DNA of 64,000 nt from a virus (Duplodnaviria; Caudoviricetes). The notes beneath the pieces were generated by a model. It was not told the DNA's origin, ran no database searches, and saw nothing but the letters and a program-made list of their open reading frames with translations. The stretch is from the IMG/VR virus record IMGVR_UViG_3300036793_000172, positions 1 to 64,000 of that record. One strand, given 5' to 3'. Positions 1 through 8,283 of the stretch are shown one piece after another (the stretch's first letter is position 1; every line of letters starts with the position of its first letter). The position numbers and the translations under genes are program-made.

Positions 1-49
1 GGCCGATATGGGTCGGGTCGGGAGGTCATTTGCGTTGTCAGCGGTTCAA

Positions 50-80
50 CCGGGGGCGGCGGTGATGGTGCCGCCCCCGG
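50..80 (-). terminator. Stem-loop, probable terminator after the DinG gene
   Basis: Perfect 11-bp inverted repeat CCGGGGGCGGC (50-60) / GCCGCCCCCGG (70-80), just past the stop at 87. Confidence 0.6.
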
Positions 81-86
81 GGTGGA

Positions 87-2048
87 TCAGCCTCGGCGAG
101 CGGTCAGCTCGTCCAAGTAGGACACTGCCTCCTCCGAGGTGAAGACCCGGCGGGCCGGGGGGAGAGCGTTCATGATCGTCTTCCCGTACGGCTTGGACAC
201 CAGGCGCGAGTCGAGGATCGCGACCATGCCCTCGTCGGACTTCGAGCGGATCAGGCGACCGAAGCCCTGGAAGAGCTTCAACGCCATCGCCGGAACGGCC
301 AGCTTGTTGAAGAACGCCCACTTGTTCCCGTGCTGGGTGTTCAGCGCATCACACTTGGCGTCGTAAACCACGTCGCCGGGGTTGGCGAAGGGGAGCTTGT
401 CCAATACCACCAGGCGAAGCGCGTCGCCCTGCACGTCGAAGCCGGTCGCGAAGGACGCCACTCCAAAGAGGACGGACGTCTCGTCGGCCTTGAAGGCGGC
501 GGCAATCTGCCGATTGGTCAGCGGGCCGTTCTGCTTGAACACCGTGAGACCGGCCGCCTCGAACGTCGGGGCCAGCGCCTGGTGCGCCTCGTCCATCGCC
601 GTGGTGGCACTGAACAGGAGCAAAGCACGCCCGCCCGCCGCGAGGACCAGCTTGCGCATCTCCGCCTGGGCCTGGACGCGCCAGCGGGCCGCGTTCCTCG
701 GGGTGGGGTCGATCATGTCCTTCGGGACGAACAGCGACGCCTGCTTCGGGTAGTCGAAGGGCGAACCGGCGTCGAAGGGCACGTACTCGGAGAGGCCCAC
801 GTTGCCGGTAACGAACGAATAGTCGCGGCCGACGGCGAGGGTCGCCGACAGCAGGACGCCCGTGTGCTGCTCCCACAGGGCGCGGTTCACGAACTCGGCG
901 ACGGACAGCGGCGAAAACTTCAGGCGCACGTCCCCGTGCTTCTTGTCGCGCTCAAGCCACCGGATCATTTCGACCCCGGCGCCGAGCACGGACAGGATGC
1001 GCTCCTGAGTGGACTCGGCGCGGCGGACGAGGCGAGCCTTCTTGATCTTGCCCTTGTCGTTGCCGTCGATGTCCTTGGCGGCGATGGCTTCCTGGATCGC
1101 GCGGACCGTGGAGAGCAGGCCGCCCATCTCGCCTTCCAGCGCCATCACGTCGGCGCGGGTCAGTCGCACGTTCTCTTCGCGGTCGAGGCGGCGGGCCAGC
1201 ACGGTGAAGAGACGCTTGACCGCGCCGTTGAAGGGAGCCACGACGGTGTTCGCCGCGCCCAAGTAGTTGTTGACCTCGCTGGCGAAGAAGTTCAGGCCGC
1301 GCTCAGAGAACTCGTTGGACATCGCGCCCGCCATGTAGGTCTCGAACTCGTGGCCCTCGTCGAGGATCACCGCGCCGAAGGTGGGCAGCAGCGACTTCGG
1401 CTCCTTGGTGGGCTCGTTGTCGATCTGCGCCTGACGGATGATCAGGTCGGTCGCGAGCACCGAGTGATTCACCAGCACGACGTTGCTCTGGCGTGCCTTC
1501 GTCTTCGCGATCTCCGCGAAGCAAATCTCGCCAAAGGGGCAGTTCGCCTTGCCGGGGCATTCGTCCGAAGAGGACACGAGCTTGCGCTGCTGCTGCGGGT
1601 CGATCGCGGTGGACAGGTCCTCCAGGTCACCGGAGTGGTCCTCGGCCAGCAGCTCGGTCACCAGCGCGTCCTGGTTGGCGACGGAGCCCGGCGCCAGCTC
1701 GGCCAGCTTCGCGCGGCAAACGTAGTTCGCGCGACCCTTCAGGAGCGCCCAGGTAAACGGCACGTCCAGGTTCTCTTCGAGAAAGGGGAGGTCCTTCGCG
1801 GCGTACTGAGTTTGCAATGCCTTGGTCGCGGTCGCGATGATCGCCGGGACGCCGGTCTTCACCGCGTGTTCAATCGCCGGGACGAGGCCCGCCAGGGACT
1901 TGCCGGTGCCGGTACCCGCCTGTGCGGCCAGGTGCTCGCCGGACGCGAGGGTGGCCTCGATGGCCTCGGCGAGACGCGTCTGCTCGGCGCGGGGCTCGTA
2001 GTTCGGCAGCGACCGAGCGAAGCTCGCCTGCGTCTCGTTCCAGCTCAT
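87..2048 (-). CDS. dinG: DinG/YoaA-family ATP-dependent DNA helicase (SF2, Fe-S)
   Basis: Q-motif RAEQ, Walker A AGTGTGKS, ATATKALQTQ, LKGRANYVC, Fe-S cysteines (YVC...ECPGKANCPFGEIC), DEGH, SATL, FATGFDVQGDALRLVVLDKLPF, QGFGRLIRS. SD GGAGGAG upstream. Confidence 0.93.
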   Translation of the reverse strand: MSWNETQASFARSLPNYEPRAEQTRLAEAIEATLASGEHLAAQAGTGTGKSLAGLVPAIEHAVKTGVPAIIATATKALQTQYAAKDLPFLEENLDVPFTWALLKGRANYVCRAKLAELAPGSVANQDALVTELLAEDHSGDLEDLSTAIDPQQQRKLVSSSDECPGKANCPFGEICFAEIAKTKARQSNVVLVNHSVLATDLIIRQAQIDNEPTKEPKSLLPTFGAVILDEGHEFETYMAGAMSNEFSERGLNFFASEVNNYLGAANTVVAPFNGAVKRLFTVLARRLDREENVRLTRADVMALEGEMGGLLSTVRAIQEAIAAKDIDGNDKGKIKKARLVRRAESTQERILSVLGAGVEMIRWLERDKKHGDVRLKFSPLSVAEFVNRALWEQHTGVLLSATLAVGRDYSFVTGNVGLSEYVPFDAGSPFDYPKQASLFVPKDMIDPTPRNAARWRVQAQAEMRKLVLAAGGRALLLFSATTAMDEAHQALAPTFEAAGLTVFKQNGPLTNRQIAAAFKADETSVLFGVASFATGFDVQGDALRLVVLDKLPFANPGDVVYDAKCDALNTQHGNKWAFFNKLAVPAMALKLFQGFGRLIRSKSDEGMVAILDSRLVSKPYGKTIMNALPPARRVFTSEEAVSYLDELTARRG

Positions 2049-2080
2049 GGTTGGCTCCTCCGGTGGGGTGCGTTAGTAAT

Positions 2081-2110
2081 ACTATGAGGGAAGGGGTGCC
2101 ATCCTGTCAA
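2081..2110 (-). promoter_or_regulatory. Putative housekeeping-sigma promoter for the DinG gene
   Basis: On the minus strand, TTGACA (2110-2105), an 18-nt spacer, then CATAGT in an AT-rich patch. It overlaps the stop codon of the upstream loader gene. Confidence 0.45.
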
Positions 2111-2748
2111 GGGTTTACCCGCCTGTCCCGCCCAGTGACCTGGATCATGCGCGCGCCGCCCACCAAACGACTGGTCAGGTGATCGCCGAAGTAGTCCTTG
2201 AGCGACTTCGGGTGGAGGTTGGTCGTGAAGATCGAAACGCGGCCCTTGGCCTGGCGCTCGTCCAGGAGTTCGGTCATGTTCGCCACGTCGGGCTCGTTGA
2301 ACTTTTCCCTACCGATGTCGTCGAAGACGAGGATCTCCGGACGCGTGAGGTCGGCGCGCATCTCCTCCATCGCTTCACGGTCACTGTAATTTTTCAGCAC
2401 CCGTAGTGATTTGTTGGCGGGATGAAACGCGAAACTGCAAAGTTCCAACCCTGCGCGGAGAGTTCCGGTGGCCACGGCGGAGTGGCTCTTCCCGACGCCC
2501 ACGTGCCCCCAGAGGAGCAGGTCGGTGTCCTGACCCTCCTGAGCCCACTCCAGGGCCTCACGAGGCATCTGGAAGGCCGCACGGAGGGGTTTGGGGGCGA
2601 GCCGATGGCTCGCGTCGTAGATTCGGGCCTGATCGAAGAGCCGTTCCTCGACCGGGTCCTCGGGCGGGTAGATGTTCTCGTAGCCCACGTAGGCCGGGTA
2701 GATGTCTGTCGGGAGGAAAGTGACGAACTCGATGTCGTGCTCGGTCAT
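2107..2748 (-). CDS. DnaC/IstB-like AAA+ ATPase (helicase loader), 213 aa
   Basis: Walker A GHVGVGKS, Walker B ILVFDDIG, FTTN, and SRL...GRDRR at the C-terminus. Start moved to ATG 2748, which has an ATGA overlap with the upstream gene. Confidence 0.88.
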   Translation of the reverse strand: MTEHDIEFVTFLPTDIYPAYVGYENIYPPEDPVEERLFDQARIYDASHRLAPKPLRAAFQMPREALEWAQEGQDTDLLLWGHVGVGKSHSAVATGTLRAGLELCSFAFHPANKSLRVLKNYSDREAMEEMRADLTRPEILVFDDIGREKFNEPDVANMTELLDERQAKGRVSIFTTNLHPKSLKDYFGDHLTSRLVGGARMIQVTGRDRRVNP

Positions 2749-3653
2749 TCCTGCACCCCGTAGCGCTTCTTCTCTTCGGGGGTCAGCTCCGCGTTGATCG
2801 CGTCGTGCTGCCCGTAATGGCCACCCTGCCACCGATGAGTCGTGCCTGGCGGGGCGTTCTTCACGAACTCCTCGACCGATTGCGGCTGTCGCTCGCCCCG
2901 GCGCATCTTGGTGATCTCGTAGTCGGAGAACCGCTTCACGGCGCCCGGCGTGAAGGGCGTGGACGCGTTCTCCACGACATACTTCGCGAGGGTGGCCTCT
3001 TCGGTGGCCGTGGTGCCGTGGGCCTTGCGGACCTGGCCCCACGCCTTGACCAGTGCCGTCTTGGTCTTCCGGTAGTTCGGCACATTGGCCTCGGCGGTGA
3101 TGACCATGACGGCGAAGCCGACCAGCTCGCGGTCGTCCAGGTCGATGGCGTCGCCCTTGAGCGCAGAGGTGGCCAGCGCGAGCAGCTGGTCGAAGTCGGT
3201 GCGGAGGGCTTCGTTGTTCAGCTCGGCCGAGTCGCGACGGGATGGCTTCTCCGGCTCGGCGAGGGCAGCTTCGTCGGTATCGGAAGGAGCGAAGCGACTG
3301 AAGATACCGGCTGCTTTTTCACTGGGGGAAGGATCTTCTCCTCCTCCCGGAGGGATTATAACCACATGGGTTTCAGTGGGTTCTACATGGGGGACGGATT
3401 CAACTCCGCCCCGGGACTCCGTCTTGGGGACCTTCTCCAATGGTCGGGGTCCATCCAACGCGCCGAAGTCGACAGTGCGCCCGGCATTCTTGGCCCATTC
3501 GACAATGGATTCCGTCAACCAAATCCGGCCGGACTGGAGACGGACCCAGTGGTCAGGGAAGGTTTTGGTTTCGACGAGCTGACTCACGCGACTCTTGGTC
3601 AGGCCGACGAGCGTGGCGATTTCGGTCAGCCCGACAACGGGTGGAGGAGGCAT
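2745..3653 (-). CDS. Putative replication initiator with N-terminal AlpA/excisionase-like HTH
   Basis: N-terminus VGLTEIATLVGLTKSRVSQL...FP...GRIWLTESIVEW, a low-complexity linker and a helical C-terminal domain. Lies directly upstream of the DnaC-like loader. Confidence 0.6.
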   Translation of the reverse strand: MPPPPVVGLTEIATLVGLTKSRVSQLVETKTFPDHWVRLQSGRIWLTESIVEWAKNAGRTVDFGALDGPRPLEKVPKTESRGGVESVPHVEPTETHVVIIPPGGGEDPSPSEKAAGIFSRFAPSDTDEAALAEPEKPSRRDSAELNNEALRTDFDQLLALATSALKGDAIDLDDRELVGFAVMVITAEANVPNYRKTKTALVKAWGQVRKAHGTTATEEATLAKYVVENASTPFTPGAVKRFSDYEITKMRRGERQPQSVEEFVKNAPPGTTHRWQGGHYGQHDAINAELTPEEKKRYGVQE

Positions 3654-3741
3654 GTCGAAGACCCTACACCTCGGTAAGGATTTCGACTAGCGGAGCTTCT
3701 CGTAGAGAATCTCTGGATCTTCGTCAACCCCTCCGAAGGGC

Positions 3742-3951
3742 ATGACGATCGCCAACCCTCATGGACTTGCTCTGGTGGCACCGGGCCGTCGCGACGAGGA
3801 CTGGTCTCCGGTTGACGATCTGCTCACCGACGAAGCGAGCACTCTCACCGACGAAGTGAGTCCCGCGATCATAGCGTGCCGCCTCCTGTGGCGGGGTAAC
3901 CGACACCGGGAAAGAGATGAGAGGAATTCGTCCAACAAATGCATTGTATGA
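3742..3951 (+). CDS. Hypothetical protein (uncertain)
   Basis: Fills the gap between divergent modules and has GAAGGG before the ATG. Contains a 17-bp direct repeat. No recognisable motif. Confidence 0.3.
   Translation: MTIANPHGLALVAPGRRDEDWSPVDDLLTDEASTLTDEVSPAIIACRLLWRGNRHRERDERNSSNKCIV
3823..3860. repeat. Two 17-bp direct repeats CTCACCGACGAAG(C/T)GAG with a 21-bp period
   Basis: Copies at 3823-3839 and 3844-3860, one mismatch. Confidence 0.85.
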
Positions 3952-3977
3952 ATGCATTCCTCGAAGGGAAGGTTTCA

Positions 3978-4136
3978 ATGGCACTCGCAGCTGCTGTCCT
4001 CGTCATCGCCCTGGTTCTCCTGGGCTTCGGCGTGTTCGGCGCCCTGAAGATCCTGCTCTGGATCGGTTTGGCCGTCCTGGTCGTCTCGCTCTGTCTCGGC
4101 GGCGCCGACCGTGTCCGGGCCCGTCGGAGGCTCTGA
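3978..4136 (+). CDS. Small membrane protein (52 aa), first gene of the lysis cassette
   Basis: MALAAAVLVIALVLLGFGVFGALKILLWIGLAVLVVSLCLGG has two hydrophobic segments and a basic tail. SD GAAGGGAAGG. Its TGA overlaps the endolysin ATG. Confidence 0.75.
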   Translation: MALAAAVLVIALVLLGFGVFGALKILLWIGLAVLVVSLCLGGADRVRARRRL

Positions 4137-5068
4137 TGGCCGTTGCTCTCGACTACTCCGCCGGTTTCCCCGGCGGCTCGGCCGTCAAGGTCGCCGCGTC
4201 CGGTGTGGTGCGCTACGTCGGCACCCCCGGCCGCACGAAGAACATCACCGCCTCCGAGTACCGCGACATGACCGCCAACGGCGTCGGCGTGGCTCTCGTC
4301 TACGAGAACCGCACCGGCGACTCGGCCGGAGGCTACGCGGCCGGGGTGACCGCCGCGCAAGCAGCGCGCGCGGACGCGAACAACGTCGGCTTCCCCACCA
4401 ACCGGCCGATCTACTTCGCCATCGACTCGGACCAGGGAGCCACCCCACCGGCCGTTGTGGCCGCGTACCTCGACGGTGCGGCGTCGGTGTTGGGCAAGGC
4501 GAACACGGGCGTCTACGGCCAGTACAGCGTCATCGAGCAGTGCGTGCCGTCGCACGCGGCCTACGGGTGGCAGACGGCGGCGTGGTCCGGCGGCAAGCGG
4601 TCGGCCAAGGCCGCCCTCTATCAGCGCATCGGCACCGTCGTCGTGGGCGGCATCGGATGCGACATCAACGACATCCTGGTCACCGACTGGGGCCAGCACA
4701 GCTACGCCGGGGCATCCGGCACTACCACCAGTAGCCAGGAGGATGAAATGGCATTCGGTGCACAGGCAGCGGCCGGAACCGGCCAGCACGTGGACATCGC
4801 CACGGTCGGCTGCAAGAACCTGCGGATCCACTGCTCCTTCAACCACGTGGTGAAGGTCAGGGCGGTCTTGTTCTACAAGGACACCGGCGGCAACCCGCAG
4901 GGCGACGGCGCTGGCGGGGGTTACGACGGCGAGTTCCGCAAGCCTGCGGAACACTGGGACTGGGCTCCGAACCGTCCGGGCCCCATGGCCATTCCCGCTG
5001 GAGCAACCACATGCACCGTCCTGTACGACGCCGACAGCCCCTTCTACGTGTCGGCGGCAGTGGCGTGA
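4136..5068 (+). CDS. Endolysin: DUF1906 (Rv2525c-like, GH25-like) catalytic domain plus unknown C-terminal domain, 310 aa
   Basis: LDYS...GVVRY...KNITASEY...GVALVYE...PIYFAID...GVYG...WQTAAWS pattern. SD GGAGG before ATG 4136. Followed by a holin-like gene. Confidence 0.88.
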   Translation: MAVALDYSAGFPGGSAVKVAASGVVRYVGTPGRTKNITASEYRDMTANGVGVALVYENRTGDSAGGYAAGVTAAQAARADANNVGFPTNRPIYFAIDSDQGATPPAVVAAYLDGAASVLGKANTGVYGQYSVIEQCVPSHAAYGWQTAAWSGGKRSAKAALYQRIGTVVVGGIGCDINDILVTDWGQHSYAGASGTTTSSQEDEMAFGAQAAAGTGQHVDIATVGCKNLRIHCSFNHVVKVRAVLFYKDTGGNPQGDGAGGGYDGEFRKPAEHWDWAPNRPGPMAIPAGATTCTVLYDADSPFYVSAAVA

Positions 5069-5325
5069 ACACCGTCTCCTGGGTGCCGGTCCGGAAGATC
5101 GCGGCGGTCATCATCGCAGCCGTGGTCTCCGCCGGGCCCCTCGCCATTCTGGACGCCGTGGGCGTCCACATCGATCAGGCGCTGGGCGTGCTGATCGTCG
5201 CCGTGCTGACCTCGGCGGCCGGGTACCTGACCCCGGCAAAGTCCGCTGCACCTGCGGATTCTCCCGCGCCACCACCGCCTCCGATCCCACCGGCCGCGCC
5301 GCCGGTGGCACCACCGGTTGCGTGA
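5065..5325 (+). CDS. Probable holin (86 aa)
   Basis: GTGA overlap with the endolysin stop, two TM segments, AAGYLTP motif and a Pro-rich tail. Confidence 0.7.
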   Translation: MNTVSWVPVRKIAAVIIAAVVSAGPLAILDAVGVHIDQALGVLIVAVLTSAAGYLTPAKSAAPADSPAPPPPPIPPAAPPVAPPVA

Positions 5326-5332
5326 TCATGTT

Positions 5333-5364
5333 GAAGGGGGCTGACTCTCGGGTCGGCCCCCTTC
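5333..5364 (+). terminator. Terminator hairpin after the lysis cassette
   Basis: GAAGGGGGCTGAC / GTCGGCCCCCTTC 13-bp stem with one G-U pair and a 6-nt loop, 7 nt after the holin stop. Confidence 0.7.
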
Positions 5365-5470
5365 TTCATGCCCTTACGCAGAGTGCGCACATAAGTAATC
5401 CGATTCCCCGTTTGTTTAGGGAACTGCATTATGGGACAATCTCGAAAGAAATCGAGCGAGGAGGTGCGCC

Positions 5471-5788
5471 ATGGCTTTGGATCTTGCGATCTCTCGCGCC
5501 ATCACCATGGTCCACATTCTGGAGCGGGCAGTCCACGACCAGGGACTTTGGAGTATGGACCTGTGTGGCGTCCGAGTCCAGGCCCAGCGCGCAATCGAGG
5601 AGGACCGGGTCGTTTTCTCGGCGGAGTTCCCTGAGATGGGGATCATCGAGGATACGACCTTTCCGATGAGCTTGTACTGCCGAGAAGACCTCGTTCTCGT
5701 CCGCAATGTGCCTTTCGCCGACCGTGCCGCCGACGAGTCGTTCACCATCGAGTGGACGCTGTCCCTCCCCGCTGGCGTCGCGGCATGA
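5471..5788 (+). CDS. Hypothetical protein (105 aa)
   Basis: Strong SD GAGGAGGTG. ATGA overlap with the helicase gene. Confidence 0.75.
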   Translation: MALDLAISRAITMVHILERAVHDQGLWSMDLCGVRVQAQRAIEEDRVVFSAEFPEMGIIEDTTFPMSLYCREDLVLVRNVPFADRAADESFTIEWTLSLPAGVAA

Positions 5789-7410
5789 CTGTCGTCGCCG
5801 AGTCTTTCGAGCCCGTCCGGGAACTGCCGAACGGGCAGAGCGTGTGGTCTCCGCTTGGGGGTCTGTTCGACTTCCAGGCGGAGCACATCGCCGAGGCCTA
5901 CGTGCGCACCGAGACCCAGCAGGGACTCGTCGCCGTGTGGGACACGGGCCTGGGCAAGACGTGGCTTGCGATGGTGCTGGCCGCCTACCTGTTCGAGGAC
6001 GGGAAGATCGACCTCGCGATCGTGGTGTCGGAGAAGAACAAGCTCACCGACTGGCGCGACGACTTCGAGCGCTACACCACCCTGTCGGCGCACCGGTACC
6101 ACGGGACCGGCCGCCAGAAGCGGTTGACGAAAGCCGGTCTGCCGCAGGTTCTGTGCACCACCTACGAGACCGGCCGCAACGAGCTGATGCAGCGCGCCGA
6201 GCGGGTGCCCGGTAAGCGCGGTCGCGGCGCGATGGAGGACGGGCCGTTGGTGGACACGCTCGGCCTGCGCGGCAAGCGGGTCCTTTGGGTCTTCGATGAG
6301 GTCACGAAGCTGAAGAACCGGTCCTCGGAACTGCACCAGGCGTACAACTACATCCTCGGCCAGCTCCGCAAGGGCCCGAGCCGTCAGCGGGTGATCGGCC
6401 TGACGGCGACCCCGTCCGAACGGGACTACTCCGACGCCTACAACGTGGGCCGGATCGTGTGCCCGGAGAAGATGCCGACGGTGACCGAGTTCGAGCGGGT
6501 CTTCACCCGGGGCGTCGACTCGTTCGGCCACCTCGTGTTCCGGCGCGACCGGGCCAACCAGTTCGCCGCCCTGTTCCAGGACATCATCCTGCGCAAGCGC
6601 AAGTCCGACCCGGACGTGGTCGAGCAGTTCCCCCGCCAGATCGAGAAGTCGGTGCACGTGGCGATGAACGCCGAGCACGCGAAGTTCTACCGGTCGGTGC
6701 AGGAGATCCTGCAACCGGCCGACGGCGAGGAGGAGACCCGTTCGTCCGCTCAGATCGAGGCGGACGAGCTGCGGATGTTCACGCTGCTGCGGATGACGGC
6801 CGGGCACCCGGCGGCGCACATCCACAAGGACAACCCGATCTCGCTGGCCATCACCGAGGCCGTGGGCCCGAAGGGCCTCATGGCGATCACCTCGTCGAAG
6901 ACGGAACGGCTGATCGAGCTGTTGAAGCCGCTCGTGAAGGGCCAGGGCGCTCAGGTGGTGGTGTTCACCGAGTACGGCGGTTCCGTGCTGCTGGAGATCG
7001 CCAGGGAGCTGCGGGACGCGGGCTTCTCGGTGTCGGAGTACCACGGCGGCCGGTCGCTGCACGCGAACGACGACTCGAAGAACCAGTTCATCAAGGGCAA
7101 CACGGAGATCCTGCTCGCGTCCGACGCCGCCAGCCGGGGCATGAACCTGAAGAACGCCGAGTACGTCGTGAACTACGAGCTGCCGGTGACGTTCTCCCGC
7201 TACCAGCAGCGGATCAACCGGGTGCACCGGATCGACTCGGACAAGCCCATCTGCACCGCGTACTCGCTCGTGCTGGAGGGCACGCTGGAGGAACAGATCA
7301 TGCACCTGTTCGCCCGGCGCAACACCGACCACGACGTGCTTCTCGGCGACGAGGAGGACGAGACCTCGTTCATCTCGGCCCGGGAGCGTAGGACGATCCT
7401 CGCCGCTTGA
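5785..7410 (+). CDS. SNF2-like SF2 helicase/ATPase, 541 aa
   Basis: WDTGLGKT, VFDEVT, GLTATP, VVVFTEY, SDAASRGMNL, NYELP and QQRINRVHRI motifs. Start at the ATG 5785 overlap. Confidence 0.87.
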   Translation: MTVVAESFEPVRELPNGQSVWSPLGGLFDFQAEHIAEAYVRTETQQGLVAVWDTGLGKTWLAMVLAAYLFEDGKIDLAIVVSEKNKLTDWRDDFERYTTLSAHRYHGTGRQKRLTKAGLPQVLCTTYETGRNELMQRAERVPGKRGRGAMEDGPLVDTLGLRGKRVLWVFDEVTKLKNRSSELHQAYNYILGQLRKGPSRQRVIGLTATPSERDYSDAYNVGRIVCPEKMPTVTEFERVFTRGVDSFGHLVFRRDRANQFAALFQDIILRKRKSDPDVVEQFPRQIEKSVHVAMNAEHAKFYRSVQEILQPADGEEETRSSAQIEADELRMFTLLRMTAGHPAAHIHKDNPISLAITEAVGPKGLMAITSSKTERLIELLKPLVKGQGAQVVVFTEYGGSVLLEIARELRDAGFSVSEYHGGRSLHANDDSKNQFIKGNTEILLASDAASRGMNLKNAEYVVNYELPVTFSRYQQRINRVHRIDSDKPICTAYSLVLEGTLEEQIMHLFARRNTDHDVLLGDEEDETSFISARERRTILAA

Positions 7411-7430
7411 TGAGGTAAGCTCCCACGAGA

Positions 7431-7462
7431 AAGCCCCCGCGAGCTGCAAACTCCGGGGGCTT
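7431..7462 (+). promoter_or_regulatory. Hairpin between the helicase and antirepressor genes (terminator/attenuator-like)
   Basis: AAGCCCCCG...GAG-CTGCAAA-CTC...CGGGGGCTT stem-loop. Confidence 0.55.
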
Positions 7463-7491
7463 GACCGATCCCTTTCTACCCAAGGAGACCG

Positions 7492-8283
7492 ATGACGCAC
7501 ATCGTACCTTCTGGCATGCCCTTCGGCGCAAGCCCCTTCGATCAGATCCGTCGAACTCGACCTGACGGCTCGGAATTCTGGTCAGCTCGCGAGTTGATGC
7601 TGGCGATGGGGTACCCCCGGTGGAACGAATTTCAGCATTCGATCAACCGCGCCATGGTCTCCGCTCAAGCCCAGGGACAAGACCCGGGGGAGGTTTTCAG
7701 TGTGTCCACTAAAAACCCCTCTGAGCTGGGAGGACGTCCTCGAAAGGACTACCACCTGACTCGCTTTGCAGCTTACTTGGTCGCAATGAACGGAGACCCA
7801 AACAAGCCAGAGGTAGCTGCCGCGCAGGCGTATTTCGCGATCCAGACGCGCCGTGCCGAGACCCAGCTCCCCGCCCAGCTCTCCCGCCGGGAGATCTTGG
7901 AGATGGCCCTGGAGTCGGAGACGAGGGCCGAGCAGGCAGAGGCGCAGCTGGCGATCGCCGCGCCCAAAGCCAAGATCGCCGAACGGTGGTTGGAGTCGGA
8001 GGACTCCATCAAGATCGTCGAGTGGGCGAAGAAGTTCGGCTTCACGCAGAACTACATGTACCAGCTGCTGCGCGGCGCGAACATCATCTTCAAGCAAAAG
8101 GACCACAGCGGCCCGAAGCGGTACCTCCACGCGGCGAAGAGGGGCTACGAGCACTGCTTCGAGAGCATCACCGAGTGGAACCCGGACATGCGGACGTGGA
8201 TCCCCGTACTGCTGATCACGCCCGTCGGGCAGGTCGAGCTTGCCCGCAAGCTGAACCTGCTGCCGGAAGAGCCAGAGGACTGA
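7492..8283 (+). CDS. Phage antirepressor (DinD/BRO-like N-domain plus KilAC-like C-domain)
   Basis: FDQIRR..EFWSARELM..GY.RW..F...DYHLTRFAAYLVAMNGDPNKPEVAAAQAYFA, then AAPKAKIAERWLES...IVEWAKKFG. SD AAGGAG. Confidence 0.88.
   Translation: MTHIVPSGMPFGASPFDQIRRTRPDGSEFWSARELMLAMGYPRWNEFQHSINRAMVSAQAQGQDPGEVFSVSTKNPSELGGRPRKDYHLTRFAAYLVAMNGDPNKPEVAAAQAYFAIQTRRAETQLPAQLSRREILEMALESETRAEQAEAQLAIAAPKAKIAERWLESEDSIKIVEWAKKFGFTQNYMYQLLRGANIIFKQKDHSGPKRYLHAAKRGYEHCFESITEWNPDMRTWIPVLLITPVGQVELARKLNLLPEEPED

Noticed and set aside
1-29. Possible start of a minus-strand CDS at ATG 29
   Set aside because: Only 9 codons are visible and there is no SD, so it cannot be supported.
87-2048. DinG as part of a type IV CRISPR-Cas or other defence system
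   Set aside because: No cas/csf genes or repeat-spacer array are in the window. The context is a phage replication module.
2749-3042. Extended N-terminus of the DnaC-like ORF given in the ORF track (start 3042)
   Set aside because: It overlaps the initiator gene in another frame. The ATGA-coupled start at 2748 is more plausible.
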